DNA of 64,000 nt, taken from Macrostomum lignano. Taxonomy: Eukaryota. The position numbers and the translations under genes are program-made. The notes beneath the pieces were generated by a model. That model did not search any database. It worked only from the letters and a program-made list of their open reading frames with translations, and was not told where the DNA came from. Positions 37,289 to 50,462 of the stretch are shown piece after piece. Numbering within the stretch: position 1 is the stretch's first letter; every line of letters starts with the position of its first letter. The stretch spans positions 138,566 through 202,565 of the forward strand of contig NIVC01000048.1 in NCBI GenBank assembly GCA_002269645.1. Reading direction: 5' to 3'.

Positions 37289-39371
37289 TCACTCAGAGCT
37301 ATCGTGAGCCGGTGGCACGAAGTTCCTGCTAGTAGTCCGCTCCTTGTTGAGCCTGAGCCACTCTCTGGCTCGGCGCTGACCCTCCTCCGAGGTGTCGCGG
37401 CTGTTGAAGGCGAACAGCGGGTCGGGGGTGCCGGGCGGCTCAGTGACGCTGTCCAAGTCTCGCTCTTCGATGCGCTGCGGCATGGGGGCCGGCGGAACCG
37501 GAGGGCGCGGCCGCTGGCTGTCGTGCAAGCGGATCTTGCTGAAGTAGCCGGGCGGTGGCCGCTCCTGGGGGGATTGCGGTTTGGGGGAATAAACCGGTGT
37601 CTAAAACAAATGATAACCGGTGTCTAAAACAGGTGATAACCGGTGTCTAATACAGGTGATAACCGGTGTCTAATACAGGTAATAACCGGTGTCTAATACA
37701 GGTGATAACCGGTGTCTAATACAGGTGATAACCGGTGTCTAATACAGGTGATAACCGGTGTCTAATACAGGTGATAACCGGTGTCTAATACAGGTGATAA
37801 CCGGTGTCTAATACAGGTGATAACCGGTGTCTAATACAGGTGATAACCGGTGTCTAATACAGGTAATAACCGGTGTTTAATACAAGTGATAACCGGTGTC
37901 TAATAAAGGTGATAACCGGTGTCTGAAACAGGTGACAACTGGTGTCTGAAACAGGTGATAACCGGTGTCTAATACAGGTGATAACCGGTGTCTAATACAG
38001 GTGATAACCGGTGTCTAATACAGGTGATAACCGGTGTCTAATACAGGTGATAACCGGTGTCTAATACATGTGATAACCGGTGTATAATACAGGTGATAAC
38101 CGGTGTCTAATACAGGTGATAACCGGTGTCTAATACAGGTGATAACCGGTGTCTAAAACAGGTGATAACCGGTATCTAAAACAGGTGACAGGACATAGCG
38201 GTCCGCACGATCACCTACCTGTCCCAGGTGCTGCCTCACGCAGTCATCAAACGGGCCCTGCTCCCGCCGGCAGTAGGCCGGCCGGTTATAAGAGGTCGAG
38301 CGCTTCTCAAAGCAGTTCAAGTAGCGCTCGAACGGCAGGGCGCAGTGGCGCTTGATCTGGCGGAAGAACTCCAGGCCGCACTCGGTGACGGCCTTGCCCT
38401 CGGCCAGGCACTTGCGCGGGTCCTTTGAGTTGCATTTGGTACATAGAGTAGAATGATTGAGTATGTTAGGTAGATTAAGTAGTGTATATTGAGTAGAGTT
38501 AACTGAGTAGGGGTAGATTGAGTAGGGGTAGATTGAGTAGGGGTAGATTGAGTAGGGTAGATTGAGTTAGGGGTAGATTGAGTAGGGTAGATTGAGTAAG
38601 GTAGATTGAGTAGGGTAGATTGAGTAGGGTAGATTGAGTAGGGGTAGATTGAGTAGGGGTAGATTGAGTAGGGTATATTGAGTAAAGTATATTGAGTAGG
38701 GTAGATTGAGTAGGGTAGATTGAGTAGGGGTAGATTGAGTAGGGGTAGATTGAGTAGGGGTAGATTGAGTAGGGTAGATTGAGTAGGGGTAGATTGAGTA
38801 GGGTAGATTGAGTAGGGTAGATTGAGTAGGGTAGATTGAGTAGGGGTAGATTGAGTAGGGTAGATTGAGTAGGGGTAGATTGAGTAGGGTATATTGAGTA
38901 GGGTAGATTGAGTAAGGTAGATTGAGTAGGGCATATTGAGTAGGGTAGACTGAGTAGGGTAGATTGAGTAAGGGTAGATTGGGTAGGGTAGATTCAGTAG
39001 AGTAAGATTGGGTAGGGTAGATTGAGTATAGTAGATTGAGTAGAATCAGGTTGAGTAGTAGGTTGAGTATGGTAGGTTGAGTAGGGGTATATTGAGTAGC
39101 GTAGAGATGAAGTAAGCATTGTAGAGTAGTATTGACTAGGCAAGGCAGAGTGGAACTATAAAATTACAAAAGTAGACAGACAGCCACAGTAGGGTGAGGC
39201 ATCGCCTACCTTGAGCGTCTCCTGGTGGCACAGCATGAACTCCTTGCACTGGTTGTCGCAGAAGCGGCCCAGCTGGTGCGCGGCGGCCAGCAGCGGCATG
39301 GTGGTGATGTTGAGCTCCGGCACCTCCAGCTCGGAGGCCGCCGGCAACCAAACGTCGTTGCCAAGCACCAT
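37289..39371 (-). CDS. NDUFA8: NADH dehydrogenase (ubiquinone) 1 alpha subcomplex subunit 8, 213 aa
   Basis: Exons 39371-39210, 38422-38219, 37564-37289, all phase 0 with GT-AG introns; four CX9C motifs (CDNQCKEFMLC, CLAEGKAVTEC, CALPFERYLNC, CRREQGPFDDC); DPRKC and ERPPPGYFSKIRLHDSQRPRP. Confidence 0.92.
37590..38190. repeat. 23-bp minisatellite (caggtgataaccggtgtctaata)n in NDUFA8 intron 2
   Basis: About 26 units. Confidence 0.97.
38455..39110. repeat. 14/15-bp G-rich minisatellite (gagtaggg(g)tagatt)n in NDUFA8 intron 1
   Basis: More than 40 units. Confidence 0.97.
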
Positions 39372-39467
39372 GACGGCGTTGCAATGGGGAATCAAACACG
39401 AGTACGTATTAAAAACTCGGCAGGATAACCAACGAGGATGAATTTTAGCTTGAGCCTTTAAATTGAG

Positions 39468-40112
39468 GATCTGGGAGGCTGGCCCAGCAACTGGGGATCT
39501 GGGAGGCTGGCCCAGCAACTGACACTCTGGGAGGCTGATGGCCCAGCAACTGACACTCTGGGAGGCTGATGGCCCAGCAACTGGGGATCTGGGAGGCTGG
39601 CCCAGCAACTGAGGATCTGGGAGGCTGGCCCAGCAACTGAGGATCTGGGAGACTGGCCCAGCAACTGACACTCTGGAAGGCTGGCCCAGCAACTGAGGAT
39701 CCGGGAGGCTGGTCCAGCAACTGAGGATCTGGGAGGCTGGCCCAGCAACTGAGGATCCAGGAGGCTGGTCCAGCAACTGAGGATCCGGGAGGCTGACCCA
39801 GCAACTGACACTCTGGGAGGCTGGCCCAGCAACTGAGGATCCGGGATGCTGGTCCAGCAACTGACACTCTGGGAGGCTGGCACAGCAACTGACACTCTGG
39901 GAGGCTGGCACAGCAACTGACACTCTGGGAGGCTGGTCCAGCAACTGACACTCTGGGAGGCTGGCGCAGCAACTGACACTCTGGGAGGCTGGCGCAGCAA
40001 CTGACACTCTGGGAGGCTGGTCCAACAACTGACACTCTGGGAAGCTAGCCCAGCAACTGAGGATCTGGGAGGCTGGCTGAGTCCCAGCAACTGAGGATCT
40101 GGGAGGCTGGCC
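39468..40112. repeat. 28-bp minisatellite (ctgggaggctggcccagcaactgaggat/gacact)n immediately upstream of NDUFA8
   Basis: About 22 units. Confidence 0.96.
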
Positions 40113-40916
40113 TGGGATCAACTAAAGCCGATGGTTTTTGGGATTTTAATGAACAACAAAACTGCAATAACCTTTAGCGATCAAGAAATGATTTACATAT
40201 TTACTTGTATAATACACTTTTATATCTAATATTTTATAGATCGTCAAACTGATCAAACGCATACCGACAGAGCGTAACCAGAATATAAATATTAGTATAT
40301 ATAATCGCAAGTGAACAGAGGTTTCTTAAAACGCCTAAGAATAATTTGCAAATAGGTGGAAAACTACTCATAGTAGAATATATCTTATATAGACAGCTGA
40401 AAGTAGCTTATAGGGATTGACAGAATTTCCATTCAAGATATAACTCAGTACAATAGACAGCTTAATATTCAATTTATTGTCTTCTAACACTAGATATGAC
40501 ACCAAATAAAACAACGAAAAATAACTTCTATTATATCAGAAGATGTACATATGCTGATAATATAGCAGGATATTAACAAATTGTAATGGACACCAATATT
40601 GTATGCTTTTTTATTACATCAATAGACAGAACAGGGTGCCAATAAACACACGAACTGATTACAACAGAGAGTAAAACACAGGAAAGAATTAAGATGCAAT
40701 TGCAGCCTGTAGGCTGAACGCAGATCGTGTTTTAAGAGTTTTAACAGCAGAAATACCCGACAATGACTGCTTCGGACCAAGGATTGAAGGATTGATTTTT
40801 AACTACAATAACAAAAAATACAAGAGGGGAGAGGGCTGGAGAGGAGAGGGTTGAGAAGAAAGAGGAGGGAAGAGAGGTGAGGAGAAATATGATAGGAGAG
40901 AGGAGGGGAGGGAAGG

Positions 40917-40959
<43 letters not shown>

Positions 40960-41166
40960 GGAGAGGAGAGGAGAGAGACAAGAGAGGGAAGGAGAGGAGA
41001 GGAGATGAGAGAAACCAATGCTTTAAAATAGTTAATCTGGGGTGAACCTGGAGTTTCTCACAGGCCCGCAGACCCCGGCCATCAGAGCTCAGACGGGCAC
41101 CAGCAAGTCAATTAAAGAGCCGGCAGTCCCACAGCCCCATGAGTCATCATCAAGCAGAGCCCAAAC

Positions 41167-41631
41167 TCAAGCGTCTTGCATGAGCCAGCTCTCCTCAACA
41201 ATAGCGCGGACTTTCTTCTCATATTCCCGCTTATTCTCCTGGTAGAGAGTGGCGGCAACGTTATTGGCAGGCGAGTTGGGGTTCGGCTCGTCCAGCAGAG
41301 ACTGAATGGAAGTGAGGATTGCTGACACATCGTAGGTGGGGCTCCATTTGTTCTGCAGAATGTCCAAACAGATGCTGCCATCAGCGTACACATTGGGGTG
41401 GAACATTTTCGATACGAATCTAACCGTAGGCGGCTTATTGGGGTATTCCTCAGTGAACTCCATGGTCAGCTGGAAGGTGCCGTCCTCGAACGGGGTGTCC
41501 TGAGGACCGAATATGACGCAATTCCACTGCATAATATTGTCCTCCTTGGGTGCGCCGGACACCCCGGCTGGAGGGTCCTCTTGGAGGCGCTTGAAATCTC
41601 GGATTAAACGACGACGCGACGGGGTTGCCAT
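41167..41631 (-). CDS. UBE2A: Ubiquitin-conjugating enzyme E2 A/B (Rad6), intronless, 154 aa
   Basis: [26 protein letters not shown]; HPN motif; catalytic ICLDILQ; [13 protein letters not shown]. Confidence 0.97.
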   Translation of the reverse strand: MATPSRRRLIRDFKRLQEDPPAGVSGAPKEDNIMQWNCVIFGPQDTPFEDGTFQLTMEFTEEYPNKPPTVRFVSKMFHPNVYADGSICLDILQNKWSPTYDVSAILTSIQSLLDEPNPNSPANNVAATLYQENKREYEKKVRAIVEESWLMQDA

Positions 41632-42169
41632 GACGACTCAAAAATAGATTTGAATTTGAATTTGCATGCATGGTATGCAGTTATCCTTTGTTTGTTGACT
41701 ATTATATTATAAGTTTAGTTTAACAGTACATATATGCATTGGACACATTTTAGATTTTTTCTTAGCGTATTTTCCTTATATTTCTACTGTCAGTAGAGAC
41801 TCAAAAAAGTTTAGTATAATTTATGCACTAAGCCTCTTTGACCCACAGAAGTGAGTTGCAAAATGTAAAATACTAAAATAAAATAAAATTAATATTATGA
41901 CACATGCTTTGGCGCAAAAAACACCAAAGCCAAGAAAGAACACTAGATAGATTTGTTGAGAAATGGAAAAAATTTCTAAATTTCTAAATTAGATAAGGTG
42001 GCCCTTGTTTAGATAGTAAAAAAAGAGAAAGCCAAAAATCAACATTTATCAACCAATGCTCATCTGATTATAAACTTAAGCTCTAAATAGCCTTGTACAT
42101 AAAAAACCAGTCACCTACCCTTAATATGCATTCTGAGTGAGAGCACTGACCAGCTTGTATTTTATAACT

Positions 42170-42900
42170 ACAAGGGGTGTCCTTAAACATTACTCTTTAA
42201 GAGGCAACAAGGGTAACAGCAACTGATTTATTTCATAGTGCCTTTACTTACAAATGACACGAACTTATATATCATGAACTTTTCAAAAGTTATGCTTTCT
42301 TCGCTGCATTGGGATACTGCATCTCCATCCATGAAAAGGAACTTGGATGCTGCATAAGCTTTGGAGTACAAGTACCAGGAAACCGCAAGTCAGTTGTCTT
42401 TCAAAAAAAAGTTCAAATGTATTTCTCAATGGCAACTGAGACCTCAATATAGTCACCCTTCAGTTGGATGTACATTTTCTACTAGGTAAGCATGTTGTCA
42501 ATGGCATCTGCATACATCTGCCTTGGCATTTTGTGGACAAGAATCTGTATGCCCCATATCTCCCACACTTCATGTCTCCGACACTTTAAGTCTCCGATAT
42601 TTCAAGTAGAGATTGTTATATTAGATATATTAGACTACAGCTTCACTCTTCAAACCAATGGTACACCATGCTCCAAGACACTGCTTCAGACTTACAAATA
42701 AAGCTCAGCTGTGTCAAAATTCCAATTCCATTAAACCTCACATCAGAGGATATAGGCTGAGCAATATTGTGCCATCTTTGAGTAGACATCTATGGATCCA
42801 CAGATTAGAAAGACTTTCTGGCAAGCACTTGGCAACAAAGGCTTTAGGTTACTGTATGTCTCAAAATGAGTCTCTTTCAGTGGCTATTTCAGAGTGTCAC
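42170..42900 (-). mobile_element. Old Tc1/mariner transposase 3' relic
   Basis: Minus strand gives MPRQMYADAIDNML..K(C)IQLKGDYIE and LFVSLKQCLG; TA-caaggggtgtcc terminus at ~42170; a similar agggtgtcc inverted end lies near 43990. Confidence 0.5.
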
Positions 42901-44587
42901 ACAAGCAGAAGCAAATAAAACTTATATAAAAGATATAGAAATAGAAAGTGATGATGTGGCACACACTAGAATTTTTTGCCCCTACTATGAGATTTCTAAT
43001 TGTAGTTCAGTTTTTTGTTCATATTTGTGTATTAAGATATAGTATCCCACTGCAGTTAAGGAGGCATAACTTTTGAAAAGTTTGTGATATTTTCAAAATT
43101 CTTTCACTGTCATTTGTAAGTAAAGTGCTATGAAATAAATCAGTTGCTTTTATTTTTGCTGACTATTAAAAAGAGTAATGTGAAAAGGGCCATTCTATAT
43201 AATTATGGTCATAACATGACAGACTATTTTTACTTATAAAATGAAATCTAATAATAGAATATACTAAACCAATATTTCGAATGAAAGATTATTTTGTCAA
43301 GAATATATTTATAAAGTATCATATAGATATCATCAATAGTATAGATGCTAATAAACCTTGAATGGCACTTATGGTCGTAACAACAGGATTTTTGATATAT
43401 AGAAACTAAAAGGTAAAAGTCTTATAACATTTTTCATTTTTGATATTTTGTAATATTTTTTTAAATTTGACTAAGAACATCTTTAGAAGTCATACTCTTT
43501 TATTAGAATATATAAACTCAAAAAGGCAACAAAGATACAAAAGAAAAGGCAGCCTTATGGTTGTAACATTATGGTCGTAACATATTTTTTTGTCAATTCA
43601 GTAACTTTGAGGTACTAATATATTAAAAATATAATAAATTATATGGTTGCTAATGTTTTTATCTGATGATGCAAGTACTATAATTTTATATAAAGTTTGT
43701 TTTAACCCTCTAAAGCTTTCCCTTTTTTAAAAGGTACATAACTTAATGATGTCTTTTGCTTAGAAAATGTCTAATTTTTTACAAAAATAACTTTTTGCCA
43801 ATTGATAACATACTAATCCAACATTTTATCATTTATTTATTCTTAGATTGTATACATTACATATAAAAAAATTGGTAAAAAAATGGCTGATAAGGCAATG
43901 ACAAGCAAAAATATTGACTTTTTTCTATTTTCCAAATATGTTTATCTCATATGGAATGGGCCAAAAAGTCATAAGACTTTCTGGACACCCTTCATAGTAC
44001 AATTTTTATTCTTTGTTTTCTGCCTATTGTTTTTTGTGCTGCCCTATGGACTCTACATTTAATGTAACTACTTTGTATACACAAAATATTTACTTACTAG
44101 CTACATTAGTTTGAATGACAAAGAATTTATAAATTCACCTTATTTACTGCTTTTTTGTTCCAAACAATATACTTAGCAATGCACTTTGGTGTGCATAATA
44201 CATTGTAACACCTTACATATTGATTTCTGGCTTTGTCCTTATGACACTTTATTATTTGTTTATTGGCTATGAGTACGAGCTAAGCAATAATATAATAATA
44301 AGACTAGGCCTAAAAGATTTAATTATAATTTTAATAGGCTTTATTTTTACTTCTTATAGTTGCATTTTGAAAATCTGCAAAAAAAGTTATAAAGACTATC
44401 AGCTACTTAATGTTAGATAAACAAAAAAATTATTTTTGAAAATTTGTACAATTATATATTTGGTAGAATCAAACATTGTCTATGCACTTCTATACTTAAT
44501 AAGACTCGTATCTACACACTTTTATATGTTCCACTAATAATTAACCAACTTACAAGGGCTTATCCAAAACGTAGCCTTTTCATTATA

Positions 44588-47421
44588 TGAGGGGCACTAA
44601 AAAGTTCTAAGCCTGACCAAGATCCCATGGTCACAAAGCACTGAAAATTGATCCTTTAACACAATATGTTAATGTTTTGACAAAAATTTCAGCTCTCTAG
44701 GCATTACTAAAGTTCCATAGGACCTTAATATTTTCAGCTACCTATGGCAAATTCTCAAGAACTAAAAATGAAGTACAGGATAGTGATCAAATTTCTGACC
44801 TTAAAGGGCTCAAAAGCTGCTGAAATCCAAAGTTGCTTGGCTGCCATATATCCTAGGGCTGCCCCCTCATATGCCACTGTCAAGCATTGGGCAGCCAAGT
44901 TCAAGCGTGGCCCCGACTCTCTCAACAGGGTGACCGCGCTCCAGTAACTTTTTTCTTCCCTGACTAAACTAAATTTTCCCTGACACACTAAAAGTAATAG
45001 AAGAAGCTCAGTGATAGTTGTGCACAATAATTTTATTGCAACAAACTGTTGCGCATTAAAAAGTCAGCAATGTTGAGATTAATTTAATTTGAATTGAAGT
45101 TGAAACAGCGCATGTATTGGCAATAATTTGTTTGAATTAATAATGAAAAATTAATGCACCGGAAACTGACCACAAAAAACGTAGTGTTTGATAAAAAATT
45201 GCATGAAAAATATCAAGTACTAACTTTTATTGTATGTGGCGCACAGTAAAACAAAGTTAAGAGATGTAGCACTGTAGTTAAAATTGAGTTCAATGAGGAA
45301 TCGTACCTTCAAGTGCTACAATCTCTTTCTCTACCTTCTCCACTTCTTCCTTTTTCTGTTGTGCAGCACGACGCAGTGCATTTGACTTCACGAGTAGGCT
45401 CATGTTTGAATCCGTCTCACGTTGGTACACGAGGCTATCCGCATCTTTGGTGAGAACTGCAACATCAAGCAGGAGCTTCTTTTGCTTCGACTGGAGCTCC
45501 AGCACCGTTGCATCCTTCCTTTTCCTTGATTCCTCGTATTTCCGATGAGATGCTTCTGCTCGCTGCTGCTCCAACATGGCCCTGTACCTACTCCTGGCAC
45601 TTCTCACACTCTTCAACATCTCCTCGGTAACTTTCGCGATGATTTCAGCGGCAGTCTTTCCCTTTTGCCACTCGTACACAAGTCGGAGAGAACGAATGCT
45701 CAATCCCTGAAGATTTGGTTCTAGGCACTCTTTGTTGACACTGAAGCCGCGCTCAACAGCAGCATTCCCATGGAAGGTTGTCAGAACCATCTTCACAATG
45801 ATCTGCAAATTATTGGTACTCGTTGAATCAGTGAAGAGGGAAGCAAAGAGGACATCAAGTCGGTCTGACTTATAGTCGAATTGAGACAGCTGAAATCGAT
45901 GCTCACGAACTGTAACAGTTCGAAACTGGGTGAACTCGGACTTTGCAGCGTCAGCTTCCTGTGCAGTGATGCGTCCCTTAGTGTAGGCTTCCAGGACAAG
46001 CGCATCAAAATCCGCTTGAGCCGGTGATGAGGATGGTGGGTCACTATCCAATTCTGCCACCAGCACAGAAAAACAAAATATACACCTTTCTATTAATGGC
46101 CTGGTTAATATATTATCATAGTATGGACTATATATTTTACTGTCAGTGTGATTAGCACAGCAATTATAGATTAGCAATATGTAGGCCTACAAGCCCATAA
46201 ATTATTCATTTAAGAACAAGTATCTGCCAATTTCAAATAAATACCAGCTTTTAAAAACAAAAATACATGGAACAAACAAAACAGATTTACTATTTGAGCT
46301 ACTTAGTGCTATCGATTAGCCGCTTTCTTGTCTCACAATTTTTTTCTTCAATTTTCTAATTTACTTTCAAATTTTCCCTGACTTCCTAAGAATTTCCCTG
46401 ACTTTCCCTGACTTTCCAGACCACATTTTTTTCCCTGACTTTCCCTGACTTTCCCTGACCGCGGTCACCCTGCTCAAAGATGACCCTCGATGTGGACGCC
46501 CTAGACTGCTGTCACTGCTGATAACATCCAGCACATCCAGGCCCTGGTTGATGGCGACTGGCGGATAAAGGTCAGGGAACTTGCAGTAGACACTGGGCTT
46601 TTTGACCTACAGGTCATTAAGATCCTGCACTAGCATCTTCATCTGTCGAAGGTCTCAGCCTGATAGATCCCACAAATCTTGACAAGCAACCAGAAGTCCG
46701 CGTGGTTGCAGTATGTGAAGCTTGTCCTGCAAACTTACAATCTAGATCCTGCCAGCTTTTTGTCTTGCTATGTGACCAGTGATGAGACATGGATCCACCA
46801 TCATGATCCTAAGTTAAAGAAAGAGTTGAAGCAATGGCTGCCAGTTGGTGCACCTGCACCACTGAAGGCACAGTCTGGATGCAATGCAGGCAAGATAATG
46901 CTCACTATCTTTTGGGATGCCAAAGGCCCACTGCTACTAGACTTTTTGCCACACAAGCAGACAATCACAGGTGCCTACTATGCCAATCTAATTGCCCATA
47001 TGCGCGAGGCAATCAAGGAGAATTGGCGGGGAATGCTGAGCCGTGGTGGTGCTGCTGCACGACAATGCACCTGCTCACACCAATGGGCTGGCAAAGGCAG
47101 CTGTCAATATTGCAGGGTTCCAAGAGCTGCTACACCCTGCCTATTCACCAGACCTTGCCCCAAGTGACTTTTACCTATTTCCGCATCTTAAGCCAGCACT
47201 CTGTGGGCAGCAATTTGACACCAATGAGGCACTGAAGGATACTTCAACCTTCTGGTTCAAGGGGTGCTCAAAGCAGTTCTTTCAGAGTAGCATCAAAGCA
47301 CTGCGATCAAGATGTCACAAGTGCATCTTGGTCAAGGAAGACTATGTAGAAAAAACTGATTGCATTTGCCCCAATTCTCTTTTTTTCATACTGAGGCTCA
47401 GAACTTTTTTAGTGCCACTCA
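44588..47421 (+). mobile_element. Mariner (DD34D) element, pseudogenised and interrupted by a nested element
   Basis: TA TSDs (44586-87, 47422-23); TIRs tgaggggcactaaaaagttct / agaactttttttagtgccactca; N-terminal MANSQ...WAAKFKRG at 44744, resuming KDDPRCGRP at 46473; TSDETW, HDNAPAH, YSPDLAPSDF, KCILVKEDYVEK. Confidence 0.95.
44926..46472 (-). mobile_element. Internally deleted hAT-like element with 5-bp TSD (hAT5-like), retaining the last transposase exon
   Basis: 13-bp perfect TIR CAGGGTGACCGCG; TSD ctcaa at 44921-25 and 46473-77; subterminal ttccctgac repeats; ORF 45290-46177 contains FHGNAAVERGFSVNK (hAT-type S/ERxFS dimerisation motif), with an acceptor near 46053. Confidence 0.85.
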
Positions 47422-47426
47422 TACAT

Positions 47427-47822
47427 GCGCAACTTTGGGAATCACCCGGCCGTTTCTATTGGCAACACACACATGTAAGTCGCTATTGGCTGAGAGCAGT
47501 CACGTGACTACTACTCCGTCCAATAGCGACTTACATGTGTGTGTTGCCAATAGAAACGGCCGAGTGAATCCCAAGGTTGCGCCCAAGCATGGTGCCACTT
47601 GTATCTTTTGTTCTGGTGATCCATTCCAAATAATTTCATTTTACATAGTTTTATAGTAGCAACTAGAGATAGAACAAATATTTCGTTCCATTCCTTTGCA
47701 ACATGCACATGTAAGTTGCTATTGGACAGAATATTAGTCACATGACTGCTTTCAGCCAATAGTGACTTACATATATATGTTGTCAATAGAAACAGCTGGG
47801 TGATTCCCAAGGTTACGCATAT
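47427..47822. mobile_element. MITE-like element whose inverted arms are themselves hairpins
   Basis: 63-bp stem 47427-47489 / 47520-47582 (3 mismatches); degenerate inverted copy of the hairpin at ~47695-47820. Confidence 0.65.
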
Positions 47823-49177
47823 ATGGGATTGAAATGCCTTATACATGTAAGGCATGATTGATCAATGAGCGCGCATGAATTGTGCATAATTATATACTCA
47901 AGAGCATTACCGGATATTAAGATTTGCTTTGGTTGACTGTGCATAGTAAGGTGGAAAGGTGGGAAGGCACATTTAGTCCTTTAATTTTCACAACTCCATA
48001 TGGGACTTTATAGCAATCCTTGACACATTTTGATAGGAGAAATACCCATGTTACACAGTCGCATATATGGTCGCATAACACAAATACTCAAGATTCATTA
48101 ATGCCCAGATGCATATGGGTATGAGTGCACATGGGTGACGCATTTGCATAGATATTTGCATTCAAAAATTTAACGTAATGAACATACAATCTGGTGTTAC
48201 AAAATTGCAAAATTTGATCATTTAAAAAAAAACAAGGCAATTAATAAAACTAGTCATTGATATAACAAAAATTGTAAGCTATATAAGATATGCAGCTGTA
48301 TTAACCCATTGTAAGGAAGGTGGCTTAGTGTGTGCCAGAATAATTTTTTGGGACAATCTATGCGCCATATTTGTGCCGATTATGCATCATCTGTGCCTTT
48401 ATTTTATGTATTTTATGTAATTTATAAAATTTATATGATTTATGTAAATTATATATTTTACAATAAATTTACAAAATTCTTAGAATGCATGCAGACTCAC
48501 ATACATGTGCAACAGTTGGCCGAGTCGGCTAATCCAGCCAACCAAGGAAGTTGCAAAAATGCTCACCCGAAAAAGCACCAAAGTAGTAGTACTAAGTAGC
48601 TGATGAGTCACATTTTTGGCCAAAAACTACGTTGCATTTTTGTTAAAACTAAGTTGCATAGCTAACTGAATTTTGAAGGTTGTGTTTGTATATAGACTCA
48701 ATATGCTATGCCAGTTTTATGCTAATAAAGATTCTATTCTGATTCCTTATGCACCAAAGTTGTGCACAGCACTGCATATGTCAGGGACCTTATGTGCCAC
48801 AATTATGCGCCACATGCGTTAGGGACCTCAGTGTGTACCATGATTGTATGCCGATGCCATATACGCTAGGGACCTCAGTGTGCACTATGATTGTGCGCCA
48901 AGGACCCCTAGTGTGCGCCGGAATTTTCCATGGCAAAGGCCACCTTCCTGACTATGGATTTCAATTACATGCAATTACATGCATCATTCATATAATGAAA
49001 AATTTTGTCACTTTGTCAACAAGCAAATGGGAAGGACCTAGGCATCGGTCACTTTGTCAACCACTAATAAAGTCATCCCAATACTTTGGTCACTTTGTCA
49101 ACCAAGTTGACAAAATGCCAGTTGACAAAATGACCATCACCTGGCAATTGCTCCTCCCCCCTTAGCCTAAGCCTTAA

Positions 49178-50462
49178 GTAGGCACTTCAGTGAGAAAATT
49201 AAATTTCAGAAATTGTTATAGGCTGCTATTTCACTAGATAGATCTTACTTTCCCATTTCCAAAATGGCCAAACTTTAGTGATTTGGTTGAGTAATAAGGA
49301 AACTACAGCTATTTTAGTAACCCCGATTTGTGCCTTTAGCCAATGGAATTTTTACATTATGGTTTGTGATCATTTTTGGCCAAAAAGTTGGCTTTTTGTC
49401 TTTGAACACTTGTAATTAATTTTCTAGCCAACCAAAATGACTGTGCTTGGTGTCATTTTGTTCAGTTTTTTAGTGTTAATTGTATGAATTATATATTTTA
49501 ATATTATTTTATATGCCCAAGTTGCTAAGCTAATTGAAACAGGATGGGTGTATGAAATTTTGACTATTTTAACCAGATACGCAATGATTGCAATTTTAAA
49601 AATACAATAGCATCTGTTCTGCTTGCTTAATTTATACAAGGCTAGTGTCATTTTGTTCAGGTTTTTACCTACTATAATACTATTCTACTTCTTGCCCTAA
49701 ATTTTTAATGCATGACAGACACCCCAACTGCAATGTAATGTGCTGTACAGGCTTTGCGCATGGGTTTATTAAAAAACGGTTTTGTCTATCGTGTTCAGCA
49801 TAGCAGAATTAGTTAAATGACACAGAGAACTAGTTTGCCGGAAGGCAGAGTCTCACGAAAAACACGAAATACACGTTTCAATGGGTATTTTACATGTAAA
49901 CGTATCAAAAAAAGAAACCTCCACAAAATTTTTGCGCCTATAGCTATTGGCAAGCGGTTTTTTTTACTGTGCTTGTATTGTCAATAGGTAATGAAAAATA
50001 TAAAGAGAAACAATGCAGGAAAAGGATTTCATGGAAAATTTTGGATTTGAAATTTTGCATAGAGCCATATGGGCATTAAAAGAAAAAAAAATTTTTTTTA
50101 ACACCAGAAAAATGTTTCTAAATTATCCCTTTACACTATAAAACCTTTGTTTCCATTATAAGAAACACATTGCAGCTAAGAAAAAGCATTTTCTGAACCA
50201 CTGTTTTTTTATTCATTTTGGCTTCAATTTTATATTCCTCCTAAAAAATGGTCAACTTTAAAAATAGACAGTGCAAAAAGTATAACAAAGCTAGACTTGC
50301 AGTTGGTGTCATTTGAAAGAGCTCCTTTTTACCTTTTAAATGCATATTTTACTTTCATCCTGGCTTCTATAGTTTCTTTAAAATCGCCCTTGAAAAATTG
50401 GACTTTTTTCTTACTTTTTTGCCATTGGCACGCACTTCTTATAACTCACTGAAGTCCCTACC
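49178..50462. mobile_element. Non-autonomous Kolobok-like DNA transposon
   Basis: TTAA on both sides (49174-77, 50463-66); TIRs gtaggcacttcagtgag and ctcactgaagtccctacc; no ORF. Confidence 0.65.

Noticed and set aside
39371-41631. UBE2A and NDUFA8 as a trans-spliced operon
   Set aside because: They are co-oriented and ~1.8 kb apart, and UBE2A has tttttgAG just before its ATG, but NDUFA8 has no clear acceptor; not decidable without SL reads
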